From Lytechinus pictus (Eukaryota): a stretch of 64,000 nucleotides of DNA. Under the pieces are notes generated by a model that did no database searches, was not told the origin of the DNA, and worked only from the letters and a program-made list of their open reading frames with translations. A program made the position numbers and the translations under genes. Every line of letters begins with the position of its first letter. The stretch's first letter is position 1. Positions 1 to 12,281 of this stretch are shown one piece after another. The stretch lies in the NCBI RefSeq assembly GCF_037042905.1, contig NC_087252.1, forward strand, positions 23,498,001 to 23,562,000. The letters run 5' to 3'.

Positions 1-630
1 GTTTATTTTGGGATGAGTAGTCAGAATTCATTGTTGGGATAATTTGATACTGCATTCAAGGAATTACATGTACTTGATCTGAGCCTTGATATAGATTTAT
101 GTATGTAGGTAAGAAATATGGATATTTAATTAAGCTGTACAGAATCAAATACTTGCATCCTTTTAAGTTTCCATTTAGGAGGCATTATTTTGAATTTTAA
201 CTCAAAATGTTCTGCTAATTACCTTCTGTCTGGTATTAGTTAAATTGTTTACAGTCATGTGGTTGATGGTAATTTATGATTGTTGAAGATGACTGTCGTT
301 ATGTGATTGATTGATATTAATCTATTTGATTAATTAAAGCAGCAGGATATTCGAGACAACTTACCCCCCCCCCCCCATTGAGCTCGGATAGGCTACCTGT
401 GAACCCAATGAATTGATAAGAGCGATTTGAGTATGAGTACATGTACATGGTTGTACGTATTTGATATATTTTCATTACTGGAATTTCTTCCAAATTATTC
501 TGAGTTGCGGTCTCAGTATAATCTCCCGCATGGTGGCAGCGTTACCAGGAGTTTTGAGGGGATTTCACGATACACCTCAATTTGAATAGAAAGATAAAAA
601 ATGGCACACACTGAATTATTGCCTTCGCCA

Positions 631-1018
631 AGCCAGGCCCTTGGCTTCGGTTTGCACTGCATTTTTTTTTATCATTTGAAAATGGATTATGTTTTCTGTG
701 AGAAAAGTTGGAAAATTAGAAAAAAAATCTAAAAATGTAAAAAAATCTTTAAAAAAATTGAAATCTAAAAATCTAAAAATTAGAAAAATCTAGTACCGGT
801 AATTGTTTCAAAAAAATAATATCAGTCACTGATATTAATATTTCCTTGAAACAAATAGATCTAGAGTTTTCTAATTTTTAAATTGTAGATTTCAATATTT
901 TTTTTTATTATTAGATTTTTTTTTCTTCTAATTTTCCAACTTTTCTCACAGAAAATGTATCCATTTTCAATTGACCAAAAAACGGAGTGCAAATCGAAGC
1001 CGAATCCAAGGGCTGGCT
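631..1018. repeat. Long imperfect inverted repeat (foldback/MITE-like) in BUD13 intron
   Basis: AGCCAGGCCCTTGG...TTTTCTGTGAGAAAAGTTGGAAAATTAGA (631-720) is the reverse complement of TCTAATTTTCCAACTTTTCTCACAGAAAA...CCAAGGGCTGGCT (927-1018). Confidence 0.75.
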
Positions 1019-1583
1019 CACTCGCACGTATTGCGAGGTTAGAATTAGTAACCTCGCACCATGATCAGTGACCATGTCCATGAACTGCGTTTGGCAGTGG
1101 ATTTCTAAGTGGGTCGCGCGTGCTGCGATCCCACTTCTCGTGTCCACAACACACGACTTCTATGGCTTGATTTTTCTGTGCATAGCGGCATGTAATGAAC
1201 CCTTATTTAAGTGGGGCTGGCTTGGCGAATCCAATCGATCATTGACATAACAAAAAAACCTGATGATCTGATCTTTGCAAAAATATTTAGACTGTACATT
1301 TCATATTTTAAATTAAATGTAGATAGGCCTAGATTATATTCATGATAATAATTTGATGAATTGCGTTTGGTATGGTTGATTTTATGTAAAGTGTTCGATA
1401 ATATCAGCAGCAGCATGCGAGCTCGTGGTAGGAAGCCCCTTGCATGTTCGCCGGATGGTCCGGCGTATGACGCTCCGGATTTTCGCTGCCTATCCTGCCT
1501 TGCCCTCTTTCACCTTAATGTTGGGCAATTGGGCCTGCATTGAAGCTGGACTGAATTGTTTGAAATTATAGAGGAGATCTTAC

Positions 1584-1708
1584 CTAGCAGCCTTCACAGC
1601 TACTCCTGAATGTCCTCCGTGTTTTTTCTTTCGCTTCTTCTTTTTATCCTCAGTATCACCTCCTGAAAGATATCTTTTCAGGTATTCTTTTTGGTCGATG
1701 ACTGACAT
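1584..1708 (-). CDS. BUD13: BUD13 homolog (RES complex splicing factor), first coding exon; gene continues left of the window
   Basis: ATG at 1708 gives MSVIDQKEYLKRYLSGGDTEDKKKKRKKK..., matching the BUD13 N-terminal EYLKRYLS + poly-Lys signature; ends at an AG|GTAAGA donor at 1584/1583 (phase 2). Confidence 0.85.
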
Positions 1709-2188
1709 GATTGATATGTTGCGATTTGGTACCGGTACATTCGGCTCTTGGAAACTCGTCCGATTATTATTTTCGTCTGGCGCGCGAGGGGCGTCGAGGT
1801 CAGTAACTGTTAGCCACAAAGATCTACTAGAAAAAAATAATAAACAGAACAAAGCTTAATAATGATTAGGCTTTTGTACGTTCTATTCATATTTTCTGAA
1901 ATACCAGTATATATCTAGTACTACCCGCCGGACGCCCCGCACGCCTCTTTGCACGCTCGGTATATAGGCCGACTTATATATACTCTATAAAAAGCATTAT
2001 TCTGTCTCCTGAAACTTGACTCGAGCAAAAAGAAAAACTAAATAATAAAGGTGGGTTCATCATCATCCAAAACAGGCCTCGGGTGCGTCTTATTTAATTT
2101 CCTGGCTTTCAAATTAGCGGCCTAATATATGAGTTTTAACCCATGCAGCCATGGGCCGCCAGTGCCCTTCTTTTTTCTTTTCAGAACA

Positions 2189-2859
2189 CCCGGGGGGGGC
2201 CACTTACATTGACGAGTGGATACCATGCGCGACCAAAAAAACACGTAAAAAGGGTGTCTTTTTCAAGATAGGGCACGTTACGTACGTAACGTGATAAGGG
2301 TGTCAAAAACACAAAAATATTGAAAAAAGGGTATCTATTTCGCTCGGAAAAATATACGTGTTTAGGGTCAAATATGCGGGGATGATAAAACAAAATCAAA
2401 ATGTTTTATAAAGGATGTCCTTTTTGCCCCAACACTACGTGTTTAGAGTCCGATTTGCGCGAGGTGTGGAAGGTGGGGCCGTACTAAACCAAAATTATGG
2501 TGTCTAAAGGTAAAACCGACGACCGACGGACGCGTGACATAACAATAAAATATCTCTGTACTTGTTTAGGGGTTCATTTCAGGGAATACTTGCTAATAGT
2601 ATCGTTTTGTTTCCAATACTTGTTAAGGGGTGCATTTTCAGAATATGGAAAATACATCGCTGTACTTGTTTAGGGGCTCAGTTCTGGGAATACTTGCCAA
2701 TAGTATTTGTTTCCAATACTTGTTAAGGGTAGGGTTTCACACGCCAATACTTGTTAAGGGGTGCATTTTCAGAATATGGAAAATACGTGTTTAGGGTGCT
2801 TTTCAAGACCCCGTGGTCGCGCATGGTATCCACTCGTCAATGGAAGTGGCCCCCCCCCC
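2189..2859. mobile_element. Non-autonomous TIR element (MITE) with ~40-bp TIRs and internal direct repeats
   Basis: GGGGGCCACTTACATTGACGAGTGGATACCATGCGCGACC ... GGTCGCGCATGGTATCCACTCGTCAATGGAAGTGGCCCCC; repeated CCAATACTTGTTAAGGG units inside. Confidence 0.8.
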
Positions 2860-3565
2860 AGAACATGACCCCGGCAGCGCTATAGGCCTATACTGGCTGC
2901 GGAACCGGGGCGCGGGGTACTTGCCCCCCCCCCCCCCCCTCATTCCCAGGAGGAATTTTTTTTTTTTTTTTCAAAATGGAAAGTGCCCTACGATTCAAAA
3001 TGATACGTGTATGCCCTAAAACAATTTTAGGCCTTTTTAGAAAATCACAGTTTTCAGGTTAGAATATCACAAATTTGCAGCTCGCGCTTCGCGCTCGCAT
3101 CTATACTAATTTTTAGTTAGATCACAGTGATCGAAAAAACCTGCTTTAAATGTTTAATTTGTATTGGTTAATGTCCATAAGTTTCGGAGCTAGTCTCAAA
3201 ATGTCTGGTTGCGCGATAAAATGAAATTGACCAAAAAGCTAGTTTACAACTTCAAATTTGAAATTTTTCTAAACCGCTGGCTCGTGGAAAAATAAAAGCT
3301 AATCAGTAATTTTGTATCATCAATCAGAAATCAATAAGTCAAAAAGGCTCTGCTCAATTTAATTAAGTATACAAAACACAATCAGTCATGGTGAAAAGAT
3401 AAAATGCCCTTTTTGTGCTTTGCCCCCTCCCCCAACGAAAACTTACGTTCCGCCGCCCCTTGAATGAACACACACACATAAACAAACACACAATAATAAA
3501 AAATATATAAAAAAAGATAGAGGAAATGTCCCCATCCTAGCTGTGACATCGACCCTATATTAACT

Positions 3566-5300
3566 TACAGGATGCTCCGGGCTGACTAGAATTAATAAAG
3601 TAAAATTCACAAAGCAATAAAATGCTGAAAATTTGATCAAATTCGGATATAGCAATTAAAAGACGAAGTTATTGAGTTTCAAAGATTTGCATTATTCCGG
3701 TGAGATATAGTTCTAGGCATATCTTCATGAATATTCACTATAGGTGGGCTGTTGATGTCATAATATTATCTCCAATTGTTATTTTGTATTTTCCCAGGAC
3801 CAAAATCCAATTGAAACCAGTTGGATTTCCAACTGCATGGTTTCAATTGGTATTAACTGGTTTTCAATTGGTTTTAAATGGAATATAACAATTTCCAGTT
3901 GAAACCAATCGAAACCAGTAGGGCAACTGGAAATCTTAACTGGAACCTGTTGGGTAACTGGAAATCCTAACTGGAACCTGTTGGGCAACTGGAAATCCTA
4001 ACTGGAACCAGTTGGGTAACTGGAAATGACTTCCTGAACTGGAAATAATTTCTAACTGGAACCAGTTGGGTAGGCCTATAACTGGAAATCCTAACTGGAA
4101 CCAGTTGGGTATACTGGAAATCCTAACTGGAGCCAGTTGGGTATACTGGAAATCCTAACTGGAACCAGTTGGGTAACTGGAAATGACATCCAATTGGTTT
4201 CCAATTGGAATTTCCAGTTACCCAACTGGTTTTAATTGAAACCAGTTAATTTGCATATTATCTGCCAGTGTGCACAGATTTATGTTTTATGTGTTTCATC
4301 ATCATTTAAAATGTATCTATTTAATTCTTTTCCATTTCAAGTACCATACTTGTTTCAGATAAGTGTTTAGAATGCTTAGCAGTGAAAACCATGTTCATAA
4401 ATGTTTTAGATTATAATTAAAACAGATTATAAGATAATTAGTACACCACTAACTGTTACATCAAATTTAAATACATTGTATTTGAAGATCTTTTATATAA
4501 ATATATACATATGAAAGTCTATTTTATCAATGCCCTTTACATTGTTATAAATAGAAATATTGCACTGCTTAGCATGAGCAATATAGTGCAAATGCTAATT
4601 AATTTGTAACTAATTAAGTTCATTCCAACTGGAAGTTCCAATTGGAAACCAGTTGGAAACCAATTAGTTTCAACTGGTTTCAGTTGAAACCTGTTGCCTC
4701 CAATTGGTTTCAACGGAACCAATTGAAACCAGTTGCCTCCAATTGGATTCAACTGGTTTTAATAGGGAAATTGGAACAACTGGAACAAATTGAAACCAGT
4801 TGCCTAATTTGTTTCAACTGGAACCAATTGCCAACTGGTTCCAGTTGCCCAATCGGTTTTAACTGGAACCAATTGGCAACTGGTTTCAATTGGAACCAGT
4901 TGTTCCAATTTCCCTATTGAAACCAGTTGGCCAACTGGTTTCAATTGGTTTTGCTCTAATTGGTTTCAACTGGATTTTGGTCCTGGGTTAGTATATGAAA
5001 TTAGGTTTATTCAAATTTTCCTATAAAACAATTGGATTGACAACTGACTAAGTGCATTAGTTACTTCTTGCTGCAACTGGCATAAATTTGAATGGAGACA
5101 CATCATTTACGCATTTATGAAAAAATGAAACAATTATGATATCATGTAATAACATAAGAAAAAAGGTAAGTGGGGATGTATGTGATGATATCATCAGCCT
5201 ATAGGCCTACCTAACATGCCCAATGGATGATTATAAAGACATGCTTCGAACTGTTTCACCGGAATGAATTTTCAGCATTTTGCTCTATGGACTTTACTCT
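3566..5300. mobile_element. Decayed non-autonomous element of the same family as 14383-14921, interrupted by the 3793-4987 insertion
   Basis: Shares CCGGGCT, CATGAATATT..TAGGTGG.CTG.TGA and TTTTCAG..TTTTG segments with the TTAA-flanked element at 14383-14921; boundaries approximate. Confidence 0.55.
3793..4987. mobile_element. Foldback-like non-autonomous TIR element (CCC...GGG ends, 2-bp TSD; CMC/EnSpm-like) with subterminal tandem repeats
   Basis: TIR CCCAGGACCAAAATCCA / TGGATTTTGGTCCTGGG; TT on both flanks; ~31-bp tandem units AACTGGAAATCCTAACTGGAACCAGTTGGGT at ~3926-4185 and related CCAGTT/AACTGG repeats at 4625-4975. Confidence 0.8.
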
Positions 5301-5735
5301 ATGGGAGGGGCTGAAACGTACATGTATATCGAGACTGAAAATTGCATCCAGAATGGGGGTCGATTTGTTTGTCTTATTTACTGATATTTTTATGGACGAC
5401 AATCCCAGAGCCACACTGCTGTCTACAGTACTCAGTAGATCAAATACAAAATGTTGCACGTCGGAACTGCCTAGGGTTTTCTCTAATTAATTGGTGGGAT
5501 TATTGATAATTGAAATCGCTGAGAATGAGATCAGAATGTGAAAGGAGTTTCGATGGATATTAGTAGCATTACAACCGAAACATAATGTTTCTTTCCTCAA
5601 GCATGCAGCAGATGATCACTGCCGTGTAGGTCGGGCTGGCCTGGCCCGGCCGCGCCCGTTCAATCTTCAACAGCTACCCGCTTCGCCGGCTGAATGTGCT
5701 GCTGCTAAGTGGTGAACAAGAAAGTTTTGTTGACC

Positions 5736-5745
5736 ATGGAATCAG
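5736..5745 (+). CDS. Putative first coding micro-exon (M-E-S) of the C2H2 zinc-finger gene, copy 1
   Basis: Strong Kozak ACCATGG, ATG GAA TCA G|GTACAC donor; the phase-1 G joins AT at acceptor 9302 to give in-frame MESDMLQAV...; lies in a GC-rich patch (5620-5710). Confidence 0.6.
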
Positions 5746-6033
5746 GTACACATGTAGTATAGGCCTAATCATCTGCTAGGCATATAAAATGTCGATAGCA
5801 ATTTGTTTAGCTTAGCCTATATTAGGGTTGAGTAGAAATTGGGCAATTGAATCTTGAAAATTTACAAGCCTTGTCTAGATCCTGTCTGAGATCTTGCTGT
5901 TAGAGATCTGGAAGGCCTCGAGATGCACTGGCGTAAATCCGTGTTGATGGGTGGGGGGGATGACTGAAATATTTTGACTTTTTTTTTGCAATCATGTTTT
6001 TAGATATGCAAGGAATTGTCATTGATATGTCCA

Positions 6034-8167
6034 CAGTGGCGTACTGTGGGTCACGGCATTGGGGAGGGGGGCACCAGCAGAATGTTTGAATCACTGAGTA
6101 AGCGCACTCAGTTGCCAGTTATACTGACCTAATAGAGACATTTTCTGGACAATGTCATTAAACGGATATGCATCTCACTGATCAAATAATGCGAGCGCGA
6201 AGCGCGAGCTGAATTTTTTTTATATTCACACCTAAAAAGAGACAATCAAATTTGTGTAATCATGATAGGTACCTGTCTCGCTAAACAATACGAGCGCGAA
6301 GCGCGAGCTGAAGTTTTTGTATATTTTGACCCCAAACAGCGAGATTTTGAGGAATATATTTTAGGAATCCATTTATAGTATACATATCTCACCATAGTCA
6401 TCTAATGCGAGTGCCAAGCGCTTGCTGGTTTATAAGAATTACATCTGAACACATGAAACACTTTTTGCAGGCATTGCAATCATGATTAGCATACGCATCT
6501 CACTAATCAAATATTGCGAGCGCAAAGCGCGAGCTGAAAATTTAGATAATTCAGACCTGAAGTGGGGCATTCTAAGGTTTCTTTGTAGGAATTAACTATA
6601 TAGGACCATACGTATTTCAATATCCAAATGATCGAAGCGCGAGCTGAAAGTTTTTGATATTCAGATCAGAAGAAGGGACATTTTAAGGACTGATTTTAGG
6701 AATTCATGAAGAGCAGACATATCTCACCAATCCACTAATGCGAACGTAATCACGGACAGGAAATGTTTCATATATACGAAGACCTTAACATGGGGCAATC
6801 ACTTTTTGAGTCATGTAAAAGAAGCATATGTCACTACATAAAACAATGATAACTCAAGTGCTAGGAAATATATTTGGTTTATATTGACTTGAAAACGGGA
6901 TGTTTCAGTACACCAGGATTATATGTCTCGTTAACAGACAATGCAAGCACCAGGAACTATGAGTACGTAGGCCCTGGGCAAATTATGTTTCATGAAATTA
7001 TGATAAAAATGTTTCTTATGTAATGTAACATAACATAATTATAACATAACATTATAATGAATAATATTTTCTTCTTTCCCACTGTACGCTTCTCTTCCTT
7101 TCTCCCTCTTTTCCCCGTTTTTTTTTGGGGGGGTCAGCCGATTGGGGGGGGGGGGCACGTGTCTACAGTACTCAGTAGATCAAATACAAAATGTTGCACG
7201 TCGGAACTGCCTAGGGTTTTCTCTAATTAATTGGTGGGATTATTGATAATTGAAATCGCTGAGAATGAGATCAGAATGTGAAAGGAGTTTCGATGGATAT
7301 TAGTAGCATTACAACCGAAACATAATGTTTCTTTCCTCAAGCATGCAGCAGATGATCACTGCCGTGTAGGTCGGGCTGGCCTGGCCCGGCCGCGCCCGTT
7401 CAATCTTCAACAGCTACCCGCTTCGCCGGCTGAATGTGCTGCTGCTAAGTGGTGAACAAGAAAGTTTTGTTGACCATGGAATCAGGTACACATGTAGTAT
7501 AGGCCTAATCATCTGCTAGGCATATAAAATGTCGATAGCAATTTGTTTAGCTTAGCCTATATTAGGGTTGAGTAGAAATTGGGCAATTGAATCTTGAAAA
7601 TTTACAAGCCTTGTCTAGATCCTGTCTGAGATCTTGCTGTTAGAGATCTGGAAGGCCTCGAGATGCACTGGCGTAAATCCGTGTTGATGGGTGGGGGGGA
7701 TGACTGAAATATTTTGACTTTTTTTTTGCAATCATGTTTTTAGATATGCAAGGAATTGTCATTGATATGTCCACAGTGGCGTACTGTGGGTCACGGCATT
7801 GGGGAGGGGGGCACCAGCAGAATGTTTGAATCACTGAGTAAGCGCACTCAGTTGCCAGTTATACTGACCTAATAGAGACATTTTCTGGACAATGTCATTA
7901 AACGGATATGCATCTCACTGATCAAATAATGCGAGCGCGAAGCGCGAGCTGAATTTTTTTTATATTCACACCTAAAAAGAGACAATAACATAATTATAAC
8001 ATAACATTATAATGAATAATATTTTCTTCTTTCCCACTGTACGCTTCTCTTCCTTTCTCCCTCTTTTCCCCGTTTTTTTTTGGGGGGGTCAGCCGATTGG
8101 GGGGGGGGGGCACGTGTCTACAGTACTCAGTAGAGTGCCCCCCATGCCCCCCGTAGTTACGCCACTG
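6034..8167. mobile_element. Inner hAT-like non-autonomous element nested in 5926-8574
   Basis: TIR CAGTGGCGTA / TACGCCACTG with 8-bp TSD TATGTCCA (6026-6033 and 8168-8175); internal ~110-bp repeats containing GCGAGCGCGAAGCGCGAGC. Confidence 0.85.
7476..7485 (+). CDS. Putative first coding micro-exon (M-E-S) of the C2H2 zinc-finger gene, duplicated copy 2
   Basis: Identical to 5736-5745, shifted 1740 bp by the tandem duplication. Confidence 0.55.
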
Positions 8168-9019
8168 TATGTCCATATGGCAAATACCCCTCCAATATTA
8201 TCTTTTTTACCCCATGATGGTTTAATGGTTTTATTAGAGATTACATTTAAAAAAGAATTGACATTCCATCTTAATCCCTTCCCAAAGACCCCAAACATTG
8301 ATGAATTGGAAGGAACGGAGTTTCTCTTCAATAAGGACATAAGTATTTTGTTTGGAAATGGTAAACTGGCTCTTTATTTGCATTTTATGATTCAATAATA
8401 TTGTTTTATTTGTTAAGCGGTATTTCAGGAAGAATTTTCACCAATAAAACATTTTTTTTCATTTCTTTCGTAAAAAGTGGGGGGATGTTTGTACAGGCCA
8501 TCCCCCCCTCCTCGAAAAGTGGGGGGGGGATATATCCCCCCCACCACCCCCCCCCCCCGGGATTTACGCCAGTGTCGAGATGTAACTAAGGTTGGTGGGG
8601 TGGGGCTCTGGGTTGGACCTGCTTTTCAACTAAAAGTGGCCTTGGTTTGTGAATTCATCTGGTAATGGAGGATTTTGTTACTTTTGTTAATACTTCTGGG
8701 GTTTTTTCTGCTGCTGTAGGATACTCATCCTTTAGATGATGGGGATTGTTGACTATAAAAGGATGATACACAAACCTTGGGTATAGTGTAATATGCCCCC
8801 ATATTAGGCGCAATTGGAAATTGTGAATATGGTCCTCATGCACTGTATTTACTTTGATAATTAATAGATTTTTGTAGAAACATGCTACAGTGTGTCAATC
8901 TCTCCTGTTTACTATGCAATCTCATTTTCATTTCCTTTACAGTCTTTTCTCCTCACTCTTTCTCTTTCTATCTTGGCTTTGACATCTCTTCATAAAAATA
9001 TGTTTAATTTGTATTTTAA

Positions 9020-9246
9020 TCGTATGGGAATACCCTTGATAAGCCCCCGTGGCTTTTGGTGTTTCCACCATATTTCAATTTGTTATGTATTTTTTATATG
9101 TATGTAAATTAGCCTTCTCTCACTTTCTTTTTTTATAGGTGTTTTTTCTGTATGTGATATATATGTATATATTCTTGTTTGTGAATTGATGATTATGTTT
9201 GTTTTTAATTGAATATGGAAATAAATGAAATGAAATGAAATGAAAT
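9020..9246 (+). mobile_element. LINE 3'-end remnant in intron
   Basis: Stem-loop GGGAATACCC..AAGCCCCCGTGGCTTTTGGTGTTTCC, then AATAAA and a (TGAAA)n tail, as in CR1/L2-group 3' ends. Confidence 0.45.
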
Positions 9247-9301
9247 ACTAAGTGTTTATCATTAAAAAATCACTTTCTTTACTTCTTTAATATGATTGCA
9301 G

Positions 9302-12069
9302 ATATGCTGCAGGCTGTGCACTCTTTCCAGTGCCAATTCTGTGAAGAGGTTTTTTCATCCAGCATTCAGATGGCACAACACTGGCAAGACCACCATCAGG
9401 AGGACCACATAGAGCAGGAAACATCAATCTACCACCTCCTCCAGACAACGGCCTTTGGTCTCACTCAGTCCATGGCCAACGGCGCAAGTGATGTCCTCAA
9501 GGGTAGCAGTCGCTTGACCGATTCTAACCACCATGTCGCTCCTGAAAAGCGTTCCACGAAAGATGCCATGTACGAGGAGAATTTAGTATCAGAGGAAACA
9601 TGTCAAGGACTCGGCCAAACCCATTCTGTAGAGAGTTCAAGTCAAGTAGCTGTCTCTGTTAAATCTTCAGACTTGAAATCTGTCCCCAGGAAAGGATTGA
9701 AGGATTTCTGTTGTGAAATATGTGGTCGGACTTACACAACCACATCAAATCTGAACAAGCACTATCGCACACATACAGGTGTTCTCTACTTCTGTAGCCT
9801 TTGTCAGAAAGGTTTTAGATATAAAGAGAGTCTAAAGAAACATGAAAAATGCCATACACAAAGAAGGATTAAGAATCATGACTGTGTCTATCAGTGCCAA
9901 TTTTGCCACAAGAATTTTCCTGACAAACTCAGATTAAGTATTCACTTCCGTTCTCATCCTATGGAGAAAACGCACAAATGCAACCAGTGTGAACGAACCT
10001 TTCTCTACAAAAGTGGATTAAGGCGACATATGCTTTCACATGCTTCTGAAAAGGCACATATATGTCCCCACTGTACAAAAAGTTTCTTGACACTTCATAG
10101 TCTGAAGGCACATATCAAGACCCATTCTGGCAAGAAGCCGTTCTCCTGTGACAAATGTAAAAAGGCTTTTGCTCAGAAGCTTACTTTAATCGAGCACATG
10201 AAATTACACGAGGACACTAGATCTTATAAGTGTAGCTACTGTGGAAAAGGTTTCCATCAGCGATCAACACTGTGGGGACATGAGAAGCTACACAAGCGTG
10301 AGAAGGTTCACAGATGCAGTAAATGTGAGGAACAATTTGGGACGTTGAAAGAACTTCGGAGGCATGAGAAGAAGCATTGGCTGGATTCCGGGCTGCACAA
10401 AACTGTTGACATTGATGGGGAACCTGTCAAGGATTTGGTGCAAATTAGGCGATTTGAATGTGATCTCTGTGGGGAAGCGTTCACCCAAAAGGCAGTGCTG
10501 CAAACACACTACAGGAGACATACGGGCGAAAAGCCATTTAAATGTAATGTATGTGGCAAACAATTCAGACACTTGGCATCCAGCAAGAGACATGGTTTAA
10601 TCCACAAAGGTATCAAACAGTATCATTGTGATATTTGTGGTAAATCATTCACCAAGAAGTCCTACTTGAAGTGGCATGTCTCCAAGCTTCACTCCACTGT
10701 TAATGACAGCAGACTGAAAGTTTGTGATGATACTTGTAAAGGGAATTTGGAAGCTACAGACTCCCAGTCGGTGACAGGAACTGGCGATAGGTGGAATGAG
10801 GATCCAGATAGTGTGTTATCACTAGAGGATTGTGGTGGTAGTGATATGGAGTCTGATAATCAGAGACCATTCAGTAGTTTGGAGGAGAAAGAAGGTCAGT
10901 GTAGAGATGAACTGGAGGACTTTACACAAAAACATGGATTTGGATGTCAGAGAAAACAAAGTGATTGTGAGATTAACCAGATGGAGAGTCTGAATACCCC
11001 TGACCATCCAAGCTCGCAGATCATGGAGGGAACAAACGTAATAGTGTCATTTCAAGATGTTTGCGATGTGCCAATCAATGAAGAATGTGTCCACACAATG
11101 AATGTCCTGGACCATGTCATGCAACTGGCTGAGATTTCCCAAAGAGATGTTGAAGAGTGTCAGATTCAGATTGAAAATGTTCCGTTAGGTCAGGCAGCTC
11201 CAGGTGAAGGGAGAAGCATGGAAACCGATCCAGATAAGAATAAAACACTGCTACATTTATCTCTTGATGATGTAACCATTGGCAATCAGAAACCTTCTGC
11301 AGTCAAACCCTTTGTGTGTGAATTATGTGGACGAATGTACAGCTCAAACTCGTGCCTTCTGAGACACAAGCAAACTCACCTGATCTCCAAGCCCCACAAG
11401 TGCAATCTTTGTGACAAGTCCTATAGCCGACGACCACTCTTACGAGAGCACATTCAGTTCTCGCACAGTGAGCAGCACAGGGTTCACCAGTGTTCATTCT
11501 GTGAGAAATCGTTTCCCAATGCGACCAGATTAGAATTGCATGTCCGTACCCACACACAAGACAAACCCTTCAAGTGCCAAGAATGCCAGAAGGGATTTGC
11601 AGACTCCAGCAATCTCAGGAGACATGAACGCAGTCATAAGGGGTTGCGAAGACATAAGTGCCCTCAGTGTGGACAGCTGTTCTCTGAGAAGCCTGCCCTT
11701 CAGCGGCATCAGGCCAGGCATCAAGGAGAGAAGAACTATCAATGTCAGCACTGCACCAAGTCATTTGTTCTGAAGACGGACTTACAGAGCCACATCATCT
11801 TACATAAAGCTGCCAAGGAATCGGAATGCTCTGCTTGTGGTTTGACATTCAAGCGACAAATCAGCTTCAATCTTCATCAGGCTACCACCAAGAAAAGTGC
11901 CAGGAAATGCAGGGTGTGTGGCATGGGATTTGCGAATGAATGCAAGAGACGCCAACATGAACTCAATGAGCATAAGTTTATTATCAATGACTCAGGTTTT
12001 GTTTGTGGGTGCTGCGGGAAGAGTTTTGATAGGCTCGGTAAAATGGTGAACCATATAAGAGAGCATTAA
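9302..12069 (+). CDS. C2H2 zinc-finger protein (~20-21 fingers, two main clusters separated by an acidic linker), main coding exon
   Basis: 925-aa ORF with repeated CxxC-x12-Hx3-4H motifs and TGEKPF-like linkers; pyrimidine tract and TTGCAG acceptor ending at 9301; stop TAA at 12069. Confidence 0.93.
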
Positions 12070-12281
12070 TGAAATGTCAAAGTTTTAGACCAGTTAGACA
12101 ATTACCTTTGAAATTTCCGCAAATTGTGGCTGGGGAGGGGTACTTCACAATTTGAAGTTGTTTTTTTCTCACTGATAGTTATAAACTTATATGATGCATA
12201 TTAAACCCAAGACCCAAGACCTGTCTACTTAGATTTTGTGCTCTAGTCTTCATTCGTCCAAATTTTTTTTCTCTCTGTTAA

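Larger units (their letters stand above)
5421..8134. repeat. Tandem duplication (1740-bp unit; second copy has a ~785-bp internal deletion; followed by a third 19-bp start)
   Basis: 7161-7986 = 5421-6246; 7987-8115 = 7032-7160; 8116-8134 = 5421-5439. Confidence 0.9.
5926..8574. mobile_element. Outer hAT-like non-autonomous element
   Basis: TIR CACTGGCGTAAATCC / GGATTTACGCCAGTG with 8-bp TSD TCGAGATG (5918-5925 and 8575-8582). Confidence 0.85.

Noticed and set aside
3700-4920. Short ORFs rich in NW/QL/TG
   Set aside because: Products of subterminal tandem repeats in a non-autonomous transposon.
9292-9301. ATG at 9292 as the ZNF start
   Set aside because: It lies in the splice-acceptor region with weak context; an upstream phase-compatible exon with a strong Kozak fits better, though this ATG is not excluded.
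10288-11773. Antisense and alternate-frame ORFs over the ZNF exon (likewise 23275-24095 and 36643-38013)
   Set aside because: Shadow ORFs of real coding sequence with no independent signal.
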